From assembly GCF_009914755.1 (NCBI RefSeq), contig NC_060929.1: a stretch of DNA of 64,000 nt, one strand, 5' to 3'. The stretch's first letter is position 1, and the number at the start of each line of letters is the position of its first letter. Source of the DNA: the human T2T-CHM13v2.0 reference genome, Homo sapiens. The notes beneath the pieces are model-generated. The model made no database searches. It was not told the DNA's origin and was given only the letters and a program-made list of their open reading frames with translations. Shown here piece after piece: positions 37,046 to 50,768 of this stretch. The position numbers and the translations under genes are program-made.

Positions 37046-38659
37046 CTTCTATGCTTGTGGCTATTTCACCATCTCTGGGAGTCATCAATGGTTGAAGTAC
37101 ATATGTTCAAAACTGAATAGAAGTTGTTCTGTATAACTTCAACAAATCCTAAGTTTCCACTATCTGCTACTGCTTTCAGATTTGAGAGGTGTCCAAACTT
37201 TTCTCCATTTTTTTGAAGAAAAGGAGAACCTCTATGATAGTCACTAAAAGAAGAATAGTTGGGTTGATTACTCATGTTCTTTCCCACCTCAAAACTCTGC
37301 CTAAAAGAAGAGAAATGAAGTAGTATTACATTTAATGAGCAATGTTTAAACTCCTCTTAGGTGTCAATTTTATGGTGAGATGTGAAGTCTCAAGGAAGAA
37401 ACAGTCTGATTTTATGAAAGCTCTCAAACCAGGAAGGAAAAGTTTTTATGAGCCATTGGGAAAAGTTAAGGGTCGCCAGAAATAGTTGGTTGATTGATGT
37501 ACCATAAAAAGTGCAGAGGAAGGCCTGCACCTGAGAAGATTAATCAACAGTTAACTGTATGCATTTATTTACCTGTCATTTCAGGTTTTCTGCTTTCTAC
37601 TTCTTTGCTTTGAACCTGAAGATCTCAGTTTTAACCACAGGAAGAAAAGTGATTCACAGTGTAGTTTCCTTTATTCAGCTAGCTAGTGATCCAGACCCAT
37701 GAGTATACATCTAGTTTATTGCTAGAAAACAGCAAAATTGGTTCTTAAAAATTCATGTGGCACCTCTCTTCTTCATTCTCCTCCTCCTTGAGTTGTGAAA
37801 ATGTAGGAAACATAAGGTTAGAAAAAGTAATTAAATAAAACAGATACTTTTGTAACCTTATCCTTCCTACTTATATGGTGGTCTTCCAAGGACATTGTAC
37901 CTATAGTTTCATTATATTTTCTCTGTTGTTGGCAGAACATTTTACAATGAATTGTGAAGTTTTAAATATAGCCAAAATATGAGAATTTTTTAAAGAAATA
38001 AAACTAAGCCTCAGGTTGTTTGAATATCTGAATGTAGCAGTTATAATTTACTCCTAGTGTTATCCCTTGTCCCTCACTCCTTAGGCACTTTTAAAAAACA
38101 TAATATACTCTAAGTATTCTTCTATGTTATTACTCGTTTTGTAAATGGCCATTTAAAATGCAGTATAATTCTACCAAACTGTTATACTATAGTCTCTTTA
38201 ATCTATTTTTTATTGTTTGGTGTGTAAGGTTTTAATTATTTGCTCTAAAAAGTGCTGTGATGAACATCTTCCTCCATAATCACTTGTTCATATTTAGAAC
38301 TACTTTCTCAGGATAAATCTTAAGAGCAGAGTTATTGAGAAAAAGGAAGGTACACTTTAAAGTCTCTTGATGAATAAATCAAGATGCAAAGTATTTTATC
38401 AGTTTCACATCGATCACGAATATTTAGTGCCCTCATATCACCACTTTGCCCTATGAACTGATGCCATTATCCCACCCCTGCCAATTAACTAGCACAGCTA
38501 TTTTCTAAATGCCAGAATCCCTCTAGAACCTGCCATGATCTGAACTCAGATTCCCTCTTCTCCTTTCACTATCCAAACCAGCATCCACAGAACTGTCTGC
38601 TCAATTAATCCAGAGAAAGATGAATTAGATAGATTGGATTGGTCTTAATACTAACCCTG

Positions 38660-39168
38660 AGCTTTAGTTCAGTGTCCTTTTCTAGCTAGAGTCTTACTTA
38701 TTTCTTTCCCCAGTCGCCAAGTTTCTTAAAGAGTTGTATACACCTTATGTCTCCGCTTACCTCCTCCACTGTGATTTGGCTACAGCCCACTCACTCTTCC
38801 CTTCATTCTAACGAAACTGCTCCCACTAAGGTTGCCAGTGACTGTCCTGTTACTACATTTTATAGTTATCCTTTTACCTGACTTTTAACCACTTCTGCCT
38901 TAAACGACATTACCATGTACCCAATCTGTTAAGCCAGAAGTCTAGGAGTCATTCCTGGCTTTTTTCTTTCCTTCCTTATCCAACTTGTTACCAATTCTTG
39001 ATTATTATACTTCCTAAATATCTAACATATTTGCCCACTTACTTCTATTCTCAATGCCACTTTTTTAGATCAGGGCCCCTGGATTCTTACAATAGCCTTC
39101 AACAGGTCCCTTGCTTGCCCTCCTCCCTCATTATTTTTTTCCATATGTAACCAGAGTCATGTTCTAAA
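38660..39168 (+). mobile_element. L2 fragment
   Basis: aagccagaagtctaggagtcattcctgg...cctggattcttacaatagccttcaacaggtc...ccagagtcatgttctaaaa. Confidence 0.65.
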
Positions 39169-39169
39169 A

Positions 39170-39302
39170 CAGTGGTTCACAAAGTGTGACCCCCGAGACC
39201 AGCATCATCAACATCATATAAGGGGAGGATGGGACTCAGCAATCTATGTTTTAACAAATGCTCTGGGTAATTCTGATGCTTGCTTAAGTTTGAGAACCAC
39301 TA
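39170..39302. mobile_element. MER5A DNA transposon (internally deleted)
   Basis: TIRs cagtggttcacaaag ... gtttgagaaccacta. Confidence 0.75.
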
Positions 39303-39349
39303 TTCAAAAATACTATATTTTCATTGTTTGAAGTCCTTTGATGGAATCT

Positions 39350-39822
39350 AGACAGAATTTAACTAGTTCTTCTACTTTAGGGCCTCTTACAAGCTGCAAT
39401 CAAAGTGTTGACTGGGCTGTGGTCATCTTAAGGCCTGATTAGGGAAGTTCAAGTTCATGTGGTTCTTTACAGGATTTGGTTCCTCATGAGCTGTTAGACT
39501 GAAGTCCTTAGATCCTCAATGAATGTTAGCTGAATGTCACCCTCGGCTCATTGCCATGTGAGCCTCTCCAATATGGCAGTTTGCTTCATCAAACTGCAAG
39601 CTGAGGAGGAAGTAGAGAGAGTCTACTAGCAGGACAAAGTCAGAATAATTTGTAACCTAATCATAGAACTGACATTCCCAAATTTTGCAGTATTATATTC
39701 ATTAGAAGAAAGTCCCTAGCTATAGCTCACACTTAGAGGATGGAATTACACAAGGGCATGAATACCAGGAATACCAGGAGGCAGGGACCTCTGGGTGTCA
39801 TATCAGAAGCTGTACCATACCA
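39350..39822 (-). mobile_element. MLT1-type MaLR LTR
   Basis: gctgcaatcaaagtgttgactgggctg...acacaagggcatgaataccagga...agaagctgtaccatacca. Confidence 0.65.
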
Positions 39823-40489
39823 TAGCAGAAGATGTTGGACAGGAGGGAAGACCAGAGAGGAAATAACAAAATCAAAGTATGTGAGATATGGGAGAGACCA
39901 AATATAAGCTTTTGACATAGGAGCAGGATCCTAATCAAAAAGTGGGGCTGATTCAGGAACTGGATTAAAGGGCAGATTGAGAACAGGCCTGAAGTCTAAA
40001 ATACTACTGTTCTGAGTTCTGAGGATTCCCAATTGCCGTCATAAATGGGAATGCTTAGGTATATGAGATGGACCTGAAAGTACAGAAACTACTCCTTAAC
40101 TGAGGATAATTAATGCTGGAAAGAAAGCTACGTAAAGTAAATCTGAATAAAATGTAGACTATGGTTTATAGTAAATAGCAACTTTTTAAAAGTGTGATAG
40201 GTTTGATGGTCTTGCTTTTAAAAATGAAAACGGAAAAAATTTAAAAATAACAATTTTAATTTTAGCAAATGTAGGTTGGAATTGAAAGTATGTACAAACC
40301 AAAAAAGGAATTAATGTTTCTGGAGCAACATTTCTAACAAAATTGTATGCTATCAAGATATGACATTTCACTTCCGTTTTGTAGTATGCTCATAAAATAA
40401 GTCAGTTTTGCAAAATTATTAGACAAAGTTATTATTTTAACTTTTTGACATTTAATTTAACCTTTTTATTTGAAGCATGAATCTTCAAC

Positions 40490-41935
<1,446 letters not shown>

Positions 41936-44919
41936 AGATGTGTAATTATTCTCCCCCCCCGCCTTTTTTTTGTTAACTGGTGCAACTCTAGAAAATCCTT
42001 ATTTGTTAACAGCTTTGGATGTGATCTGAACAGTTGTAAACATCACTTTCAATGACATCATGAATCTTTCATTTGCAAAATTTGAAACTTTGATTTGCAA
42101 TTAAACGCACTTTATTTATACTATATTGTAGAATATTATAAATGTCCAGTGAAAAAATGATCTACAAATATATTAGTATGATATGAGATAGATATTAGTG
42201 GTAAGTGGAGGGAAATGTTTGTGTGGGATCAAATTTTATGTAAGGAAATTTAAGTGGTTGCATTTCTTTTATAAAGACTTACCTATGCCACCTAGAATCG
42301 GCTGGGAGGCTTAAATGCTCAGATAACAAGGCTGAGATGGATTTTTTTCTAGCATCCTTCCATCAGAGGCCTTGTTATTCAAAAATATGTTGGCATCTCA
42401 AAGAGCCTAGCATAGTGCTTTACAGATAAACAATAAATTATTGTTTGTGGATTGGTTTTATGATAGAAGCCTAATGAAAAATAAATTTTCAATGTATATA
42501 GGGTGCAGATGAAATGGGACTTTGTCAGAAAAAGGGAGAAAGAAAAGTATTGGTTGACAGAAGTCTGTTAAACTGGAAACATGATTTTGCATCACTAATA
42601 AGGTTAAGATGGGCAAATAAAAAGTCAAATACTTATTGGACTCTAATATATTACATGAATCAGTCCCCTTACAATTATAATGTACTTATATTCTCTATTT
42701 TACAATTAAAATATTTATTATAAACATACATTTTAACTAACATTATATAAATAGTGGACTTAACACTATTTAGTGAAATTCTTTTAAATTTCTGTTGATT
42801 TTATAGCTTGTAACCCCTGGAATCTCTACACTAAATGTGTTTCTGAAGCTAGCTCTTCCTCCTGTTTTGTAAGGATAGTAAATGAAACCTGTAGTCTAGT
42901 TAGGAAATGACAGGTAGTTAACTTGTGAGTGGTTTTCAAGAGCTTTCTTGATGAGTAAACTACATCTAAATTGCAGTGAGACCTTGAACTCCTCTTTATT
43001 TACCTTTCGTCAAGTAGAAAGCACCATCATCATCTGCCCTAAAAACATGCCCTTTTCTTCAGCTGCAAAATGCTTTCAGACTATCGAATATGGAGCCTTT
43101 TTCTGGACACACAAAAATGCATAAGGGAATGGATATGTCATTCTCATGTGAACAACATTCAATTTCTTTTTGGCTTAAATAAAGTTCTTGTGAAAATATG
43201 GCTCCAAGTCCACTTTGGGAGTGCTGAAACTTAAGGAGTTATCACAAAGAATATGATAAAGCTCTGCCTTGTAACTGGAGCTCTATTTCCATGAAGTATC
43301 TGCAAATTCATTAGGAAAAAATATTTTCATATTAAACTTGGCCACGAAAGAATTGTTTTTGACTGTGACCCTTGTATTGGAGGCTTCAGACATCACCAGA
43401 CATTTTTCACAGTTTATTTTAATTGTGCCTTGAAATCAAAGAATCTGCCCTCAGGTAAAGAAGGCCAGATTTGATCTGGAACTGAAGGAAAGTTCCATAA
43501 TTTTCCTAAACTGTATTATAGATTTTAGAATAGAAGCCATGAATGTAATCCTGTCTTTACAACCTAGCGCTGAGATGATGTTAGGTCAATGACTAAGAAT
43601 TAACTTTTTGAATACCTGATATACCACCACAGTGTAATATCACTCTGACTCCATGCATCTTTCAAGTTAGTGCTTTCAATTAATCAAGCAAGTTATAACT
43701 TGCATCAACGTTGCCTGTAACTTGTAATGTAAGTTCATTGTTCCTGTGTTCCCAGGGTCCCAGGAGGCACGGTTCAGCACCTAGCTTCTCTGGCTGTCTC
43801 TGCTACCTGGGCCGTTTAGGTATCATTTCATTAACCCAAAGAACAATGTATGCCAATGATAGAAATCCAAATGGTACATATGATTATCCAATGAAGGAAA
43901 GTCTTCTTCTGATGCCAGACATGCAGTTTACTAGTCTCTCTTCCCCAGAGGCAACTATTGTTCAATTTTATGCATACCCTTTTTAGAAAAGTTCTATGCT
44001 TGTGTAAACTTTACACACATACCCAAATATATATCATATGGTGTAGGATTACATAAGTACAAACATACTGGATGTACTATTTTGTACCTTGTTTTTTAAT
44101 TTAAAAATGGATCCTATAAATTGTTCCATAGTCATGCATATATTAGTTAAAATATATAAATTGGAAAAATTCCTAGAATTCCTAGAATTAGAATAGCTGA
44201 ATTAAAGGGTATGCATGTTTATAGCTTTTTAAAACTTTTGTTTTATTTGGAATTTATTTTGATAAGAGTGAGATGGGGTCTATGTTGATGCATTTCCAGA
44301 TTGCAGCTAGTTTTCTCCAACACTGCTACTGAGCAACAGATCTCTCAACACTGCTTCAGAAAAATAGCTTTTATCATATAATAAAGTCCCATTGTATACA
44401 TATTACTGGAATTTATTCTGTTCAATCAACTTGTTTACTCAGCTTTTAAAATTACCATAGCTTTATCATATATTTTAATATATGATTAAGCTAGTCATTT
44501 ATGTTTGCATGTTTATTTTTTGACCTAATTCTTAAAATTTAGTTTTTTTAGTTAAAAAATAGCCTGGAACAGTTTTCTTTTCTGGTATCACAATTTATAG
44601 AATGACTTATGGAGATTTAAAGTCATTGCAACATACCATCTCATAGGCTAACAGGATATGCTATTATTTTAATTTGCCTGGTTATTTTATTTGTGTATCT
44701 TTAAGTGTTCCCGTTTATATCCTAAACTATCTCCATTGCTTGATTTATTAACTTTAAACAATCTAGTAATAATATGCCTTACAAAATTAAAAAATTCAAT
44801 GTGCTTACATTCTTATACCAAACTGTTTCTTTCATCCTCTCAATATTTCTTAATTATTTTTGAAAAATATATTCATAATTTTTAATATTTATATTTTTAT
44901 TATTTCACAAATTTTTTAA

Positions 44920-45207
44920 AAATTTGAAACAAAGTCTCACTCTGTAGTCCAGGCTGGAGTGCAGTGGCACAATCATAGCTCACTGCAGCCTCAACCTCCC
45001 AGGCTCAAGTGCTCTTCCCACCTCAGCCCCTCAGTAGCTGGGACCACAGGTGCCTGCTACCATGCCTGGCTAATTTTTGTATTTTTTGTAGAGACGGGGT
45101 TTTACCATGTTGTCCAGGCTGGTCTTGAACTCATGGGCTCAAGCGATCTGCCCTCCTTGGCCTCCCAAAGTGCTGGGATTACAGGTGTGAGCCATCGTGT
45201 CTGGCAG
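44920..45207 (-). mobile_element. AluJ
   Basis: J-type diagnostics atcatagctcactgcagcctcaacctcccaggctcaag and gggctcaagcgatctg. Confidence 0.9.
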
Positions 45208-46969
45208 CTTTTATATGTGAGTGTAATCAATTTATTCTACCAATCCTTTAACTATTATTTCTTCAATTATTTTTTAGTCTCCTTGTGGTTAATAATTAAT
45301 GTTATTTGCCTTTGTTTATAAAAAATAGGTTGGCTGGGAATAAATATCTACCCTTTTACCTCTTGGGCTTAGTAGACTTGCTTTACTGTCTTCTGGCAAA
45401 AAAGATTTCGCGTGGCAAATGGAGTAGTTCCTTGCACATCCTACCCCATAGGTGAGTTGATTGATTGGTTGTTTTTTTGCCTGGGTGCTTATAGTATCTT
45501 TTAAGTTCATCTTTGAAATTTTGGAGTTGATTGTTTTATATCAACTTCAGGGGGCACAATATGCCTCTTCAGTCTTTTATAGAAGTTTTTTTTCTATTGT
45601 CCTTTTTTGCAAACTATTGTCTTATTTCTTTTGTTTCCTTTTTCAGCAATACCAATTATTCCTATTTTGGAGCCCTTTTGTCTTTCATTTTCTGTCTACT
45701 ATTTGTGCAGTGTTTTCTCTTTTTCATGTCATTTTGCTCAGTTTCCTCAATGTGATTGTTAATATTTATGACTTTATTTTCACTAGTGTCTAGGTTCTCT
45801 TTTGATATTTCTAATGTTTCCTTCATTTAAATCATGGTTTTATTTTTTCTATTTATTTTATTTTATTAATTGTATAGAAAAGCTATTTTCTCCTTGACCT
45901 TCCTTTGCCTTTTAAAAATATGCTTTATAATGTGGTTTTTCTGGCTTAGCTTTTGGCTATCTTTTTTTTCTTGAAGTACTTCTTTATATATATTTCTTTA
46001 ATATATATGTGTATTTATATGGAATATATAATACATTCCATTAAATATATTATATATGTAGTACATTCCATGCTTTATACATTTCATGCTTGTTCATTTC
46101 TAGTTACTATTCATCTTAGAATTAAGGCTTTTGGGAAAAAAAGTGAGGTAGGAGAAGATGGACCATTTAGCAAAATAAAAGAAAATATAGTCCTTTGATG
46201 TAAGAGCATTGAGAAGAGATGAAAAAGCCATAAGAAAAAAAATGATACAGCAGCAAAAAGAGATAAATAGTGAAATGGTAGAGCTCAAAAAGAAATGAGA
46301 GAGAAAAATAAAAGCCCAACAGAAATCAAGACATTAGATGCTGCAAAGAATAGAATAGATGGCACAGAAACACAGTCAATGATGAAGAGAATAGGCTTGA
46401 AAAGTTATTTTTTAGTCGACTGGTTATTTCTTTTAAAAATAAAGTATAACAGAAGGGCTGCAAGAGTGAGCTGTGTTAATTAATTGTCTTTGTAGGCTTT
46501 ACAAATTTAAGAAAAAAACCCCTTTTGTGGGTTAGATTCTGCTATTATCTAGTAGAATATCTTTTTTGGTCACATTGAAAGTTCCCATGTCACAAGATTT
46601 CTTATGAATTGATGTAGTGTGTTCCTTTTATCTTACCAAGAACAGGTCACTATTCTCCATCTCATTTCTTTCCTCTCACCCCAACAGGTGGGTTTTTCTT
46701 TCAATGTATCAGGTTTTCCCCCTTATTTATCTCAATTTCCTTTGCCACAGTGTGTTGTCAAACAGCTATAAGGAGTGAGTGCTTTGCCGTGTACCCAGAC
46801 CTTGCCTTTGCAAGTAAGGAGTTGTTGATTTCACTCTTCATCTGGTGATCTCCCTGTAATACTGAAGATCTGCGTTATCCCACTCTCAGCTTCTCTCAAT
46901 GAGCTCTAACACTCACTACCTTTGGCTGACTTCTTGAAGTTTGGTTCATCATTGTGGCTGCATACACAT

Positions 46970-49786
46970 TTTATAAGTCTGTTTTCACACTGCTCTAAAG
47001 AACTACTCTGAGACTGGGTGATTTACAAAGAACAGAGGTTTAATTTTCTCACAGTTCCACATGGCTGGGGAGGCTTCAGGAAACTTACAATCATGATGGA
47101 AGGCGAAGGTGTGGAGGCAAGTCCTTCTGAACATAACCAGATCAGACATGGCAACCTGCTGAATTTAAGCATATTAGTCAGTGGAGGAAAAGAAATTAAC
47201 CTGGACTCCCTCAGTAACAGCAAGTGAACAGGGAAGAGCCCAGCATTGAATCCCTGCCCCACAGTAGGGTGCAGGAAATGTGGCATATTGAAGACCCACT
47301 CCCCGGTGATGCTCATGGGGGGCCCAAGTCCTTCTGATTGAGGCCCAGCTCATGGACGGTGTGAGGCTGGTAGTGGTCCCCAGTGTGCCAGGCCCAGGTC
47401 TTCCCAGAGTTGGGCTGCTTGGGAATGCAGACGAAAGAGGGTGGTAAACTCCATCTATGGCTAAATACTGGCATGAGACCAATAGTCAACAAGTACCATA
47501 AGTGAAAGTTGAAAAGAACTTAGAAGAGAGACTTCAAGAGGGTATGACCCGCTCTGGGGATGGTATCAAGTAGGGAGTTTGACTGGGGCAGTCAAGGCAT
47601 GTCTTACATAGTGGCAGGAGGAGTAGGGGACTGCCAAAATCTTTAAAGCCATCAGATCTTGTGAGAACTCATTATCCTGAGAACAGCATGGAGGAAGCAC
47701 CCTGTGATCCAATCACCTCCCACCAGGTCCCTCCCTCTCATGTGATGATTACAATTTGAGATGGGGTTTGGGTGGGGACACAAAGCCAAAACATATCATT
47801 TCACCCTGGCCCCTCCCAAATCTCATGTCCTTCTCACATTTTAAAACACAATCATGCCTTCCCAACAGTCCTACAAGTCTAAACTAATTCCAGCATTAAC
47901 TCAAAAGTCCGATTCCAAAGTATCATTTGGGACAAAGCAAGTCCTTTCTGTGAGCCTGTAAAATCAAAAACAAGTTAGTTACTTCCTAGATACATGGCAA
48001 TACAGGCATTGGATAAATACACCCGTTCCAAATAGGAGAAATTAGCCAAAACAAAGAGGTTACAGGCCCCATGCAAGTCCAAAGCCCAGTGGGGGAGTCA
48101 TTAAATCTTAAAACTTCAAAATGATCTCCTTTGACTCCATGTCTCACATCCAGGGCACAGTGATGCAAGGGGCAGGCTCCCAAGGCCTTGGGCAGCTCCA
48201 CCTCTGTGGCTCTGCAGGGTACAGCCCCCAAGGCTACTTTCGCAAGCTGGTGTTGAGTCCCTGTGGCTTTTCCAGGTGCACGGTGCAAGTTGTCAGTGGA
48301 TCTACCATTCTGGGATCTAGAGAAAGGTGGCCCTCTTCTCACAGCTCCACTACCCAGTGGGAACTTTGTCTGAGGGCTCCAATCCCACATTTCTCCTCTG
48401 CATTGCCCTAGTAGAGGTTCTCAATGAAGGTTCCACCCCTGCAGCAGACTTCTGCCTGGACAGCCATGTGTTTCCTTACGTCCTCTGAAATCTAGTCAGA
48501 GGCTCCCAAAGCTCAACTCTTGTCTTCTGTGTACCTACAGGCCAAATACCAGGTGGAAGCCACCAAGGCTTGGGGCTTGTACCCTATGAAGCAAAGGCCC
48601 AAGATGTACCTTAGCCCCTTTTAGCCATGGCTAGAGCTGGAACAGCTGGGACACGGTGCCATGTCCCAAGGCTGCACAGAGCAGCAGAGCCAGGGGCTCG
48701 GCCCATGAAACCATTTTTCCTTTCTAGGCCTTCAGACCTGTGATGAGAGGCCGCCATGAAGATCTCTGAAATGCCCTGGACACATTTTCCCCATTATCTT
48801 GGGTATTAACATTCAGCTCCTCATTACTTACGGAAATTTCTGTGGCTGGCTTGAATTTCTCCCCAGAAAATGGGTTTTTCTTTTTTACCACATGGTCAGG
48901 CTGCAAATTTTAAAACTTACATGTTCTGTTTCTCTTACAAACATGAGTTCCAATTTCTGATTATCTCTTTGTGAATGCATTTGACTGTACACTTTCACAA
49001 ACAGCCAGGTAACATCTTAAATACTTTGCTGCTTAGAAATTTATTCCACCAGATACCCTAAATCATCTCTCTCAAGTTTAAAGTTCCACAGATCTCTAAG
49101 GCAGGGGCAAAATGCCACCAGTTTGTTTGCTAAAACATAGCAAGTGTGACCTTCCCTTTAGTTCCCAATAAGTTCCTCATCTCCCTCTGAGACCACCTCA
49201 GCCTGGATTTCATTGTCCATATCACTGTCAGAATTTTAGTCAAAACCATTCAACATGCCTCTAGGAAGTTCCAAACTTTCCCACATCTTCCTGTCTTCTT
49301 TTGAGCCCTCCAAACTGTTTCAACCTCTGCCCATTACCCATTTCCAAAGTTGCTTCCACATTTTCAGGTATCTTATAGCAGTGTCCCACTTCTCTAGGTA
49401 CCAATTATCTGTATTAGTCTGTTCTTACACTGCTATAATGAACTACCTGAGACTAGGTAATTCATAACTAAAAGAGGCTTAATTAACTCACAGTTCTGCA
49501 TGACTGGGGAGGCCTCAGGAAACTTACAATCATGGAGGAATGTGAAGGGGAAGCAAGGCATGACTTACATGCCAGCAGGAGAGAGAGAAAGAGACAGAGT
49601 AAGGAGGCAACTGCCAAAAACTTTAAAACCATTAGATCTCCTGAGAACTCACTCACTATCACAAGAACAGCATAGGAGAAATCGCCACCATGATCCCATC
49701 ACCTCCCACTGGGTCCCTCCTTTGACATGTGATGATTACAATTTGAGATGAGATTTTGGATGGGGACACAGAGTGAAACCATATCA
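46970..49786 (-). mobile_element. Complete MST MaLR retroelement (LTR-int-LTR)
   Basis: 5' LTR 49410-49786, internal region 47799-49409 (ggtaccaatt start and PPT in antisense), 3' LTR 46970-47798. TSD CACAT at 46965-46969 and 49787-49791. Confidence 0.9.
47122..47592 (+). pseudogene. Chimeric 28S rRNA-derived insertion inside the MST 3' LTR
   Basis: 47138-47547 matches the 5' ~410 nt of 28S rRNA (gctgaatttaagcatattagtca..., ggtggtaaactccatcta..gctaaatac, gaaagttgaaaagaactt). 47546-47592 matches a distant 3'-half 28S segment (gggagtttgactggggc). Strong CpG decay. Confidence 0.92.
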
Positions 49787-50529
49787 CACATATACCTTTA
49801 TATTTCATATTTCCATTTATATTTTGTACTTATGATTTTTCTTCACATTGAGTTTTGTGTTTATTTCAAAGAGGGGAGCCTGAGCTTTGCCACATTAGCT
49901 AGAAATCTTTACAGTGATCATATGCAAAAGCCATTCCTTTGGAGGAAGCATTGCTCTCTCACTGTCAGTCTCTTTCTCGAATGGAGATATTGCATTAAGG
50001 ACACTTTAATGCAATAAGATGATGCATTAAAAACAATGTATTAAAGATGATGATACTTTAAGTCAGAAACACTAAAGTCTGAATTTATTTTTACCACATT
50101 CCTGAGGCCATGGAAAAGTGCCAGGGAAGCATGAGTGGCAGCTGCCTATAGGGTGAAGAAGCTGAAGAGGGAAGAAGTAATGCGTTGTTCCAGGCACTGC
50201 CCTGACAGTAATAGCCACTGGTGTCCTTCTCCTGATGACTCTGTACTTCCTTGGTTCCTGAGACAACCCTGACAAAGGGAAAATTAAGACATTAACAATC
50301 CCAGATCTATTTGTTGATAAGACCTGGAATTAGCAGTGCTACCCACAGGTTAAGGATAAGCCCAAGGTATTCTGGTAGACTTCATCACAGAAACACCCTC
50401 CTACTACCCCAGCTTATATTATTTGACTGGACCATACCCATCAAATTCTGGGTCTTTCATAAAACATCTGCTGAATGAATAAATGCTTTGTCTTTTAGAA
50501 GCAGAGTCAGGCTTTTTAACTTGCCTAAT

Positions 50530-50768
50530 TATTTGGGGTCCCATTACTGTGCCTCTGTCTTCACATGGCTTTCTCCTCTGGTCTCTCTCTTTTTTTTTTC
50601 TGTCTGTCAAAAGGGCACTGTCATTGGATTTAAGGTTCACCTGGTTAATCAGGAAGATCTCATCTTAAGATCCTTAATTATATCCACAAAGACCCTCTTT
50701 TCAAACAAGATCACATTCACAAGTTCTGGGTGGACATATATTTTGGGGGCCTATTCAACCCATTACAA
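50530..50768 (-). mobile_element. MLT1 LTR fragment
   Basis: gcctctgtcttcacatggc...gatctcatcttaagatccttaatta...ggggcctattcaacccattaca. Confidence 0.7.

Noticed and set aside
45400-46410. Possible large inverted repeat around the TA-rich patch at ~45980-46090
   Set aside because: The T-rich and A-rich halves look like two different old L1/HAL1 ORF1 fragments back to back. I found no base-level complementarity.
47138-47592. Functional 28S rRNA gene or a SINE28 element
   Set aside because: It is a short, CpG-decayed, rearranged fragment with no rDNA context. It derives mainly from the 28S 5' end and has no A tail, unlike 3'-end-derived 28S SINEs.
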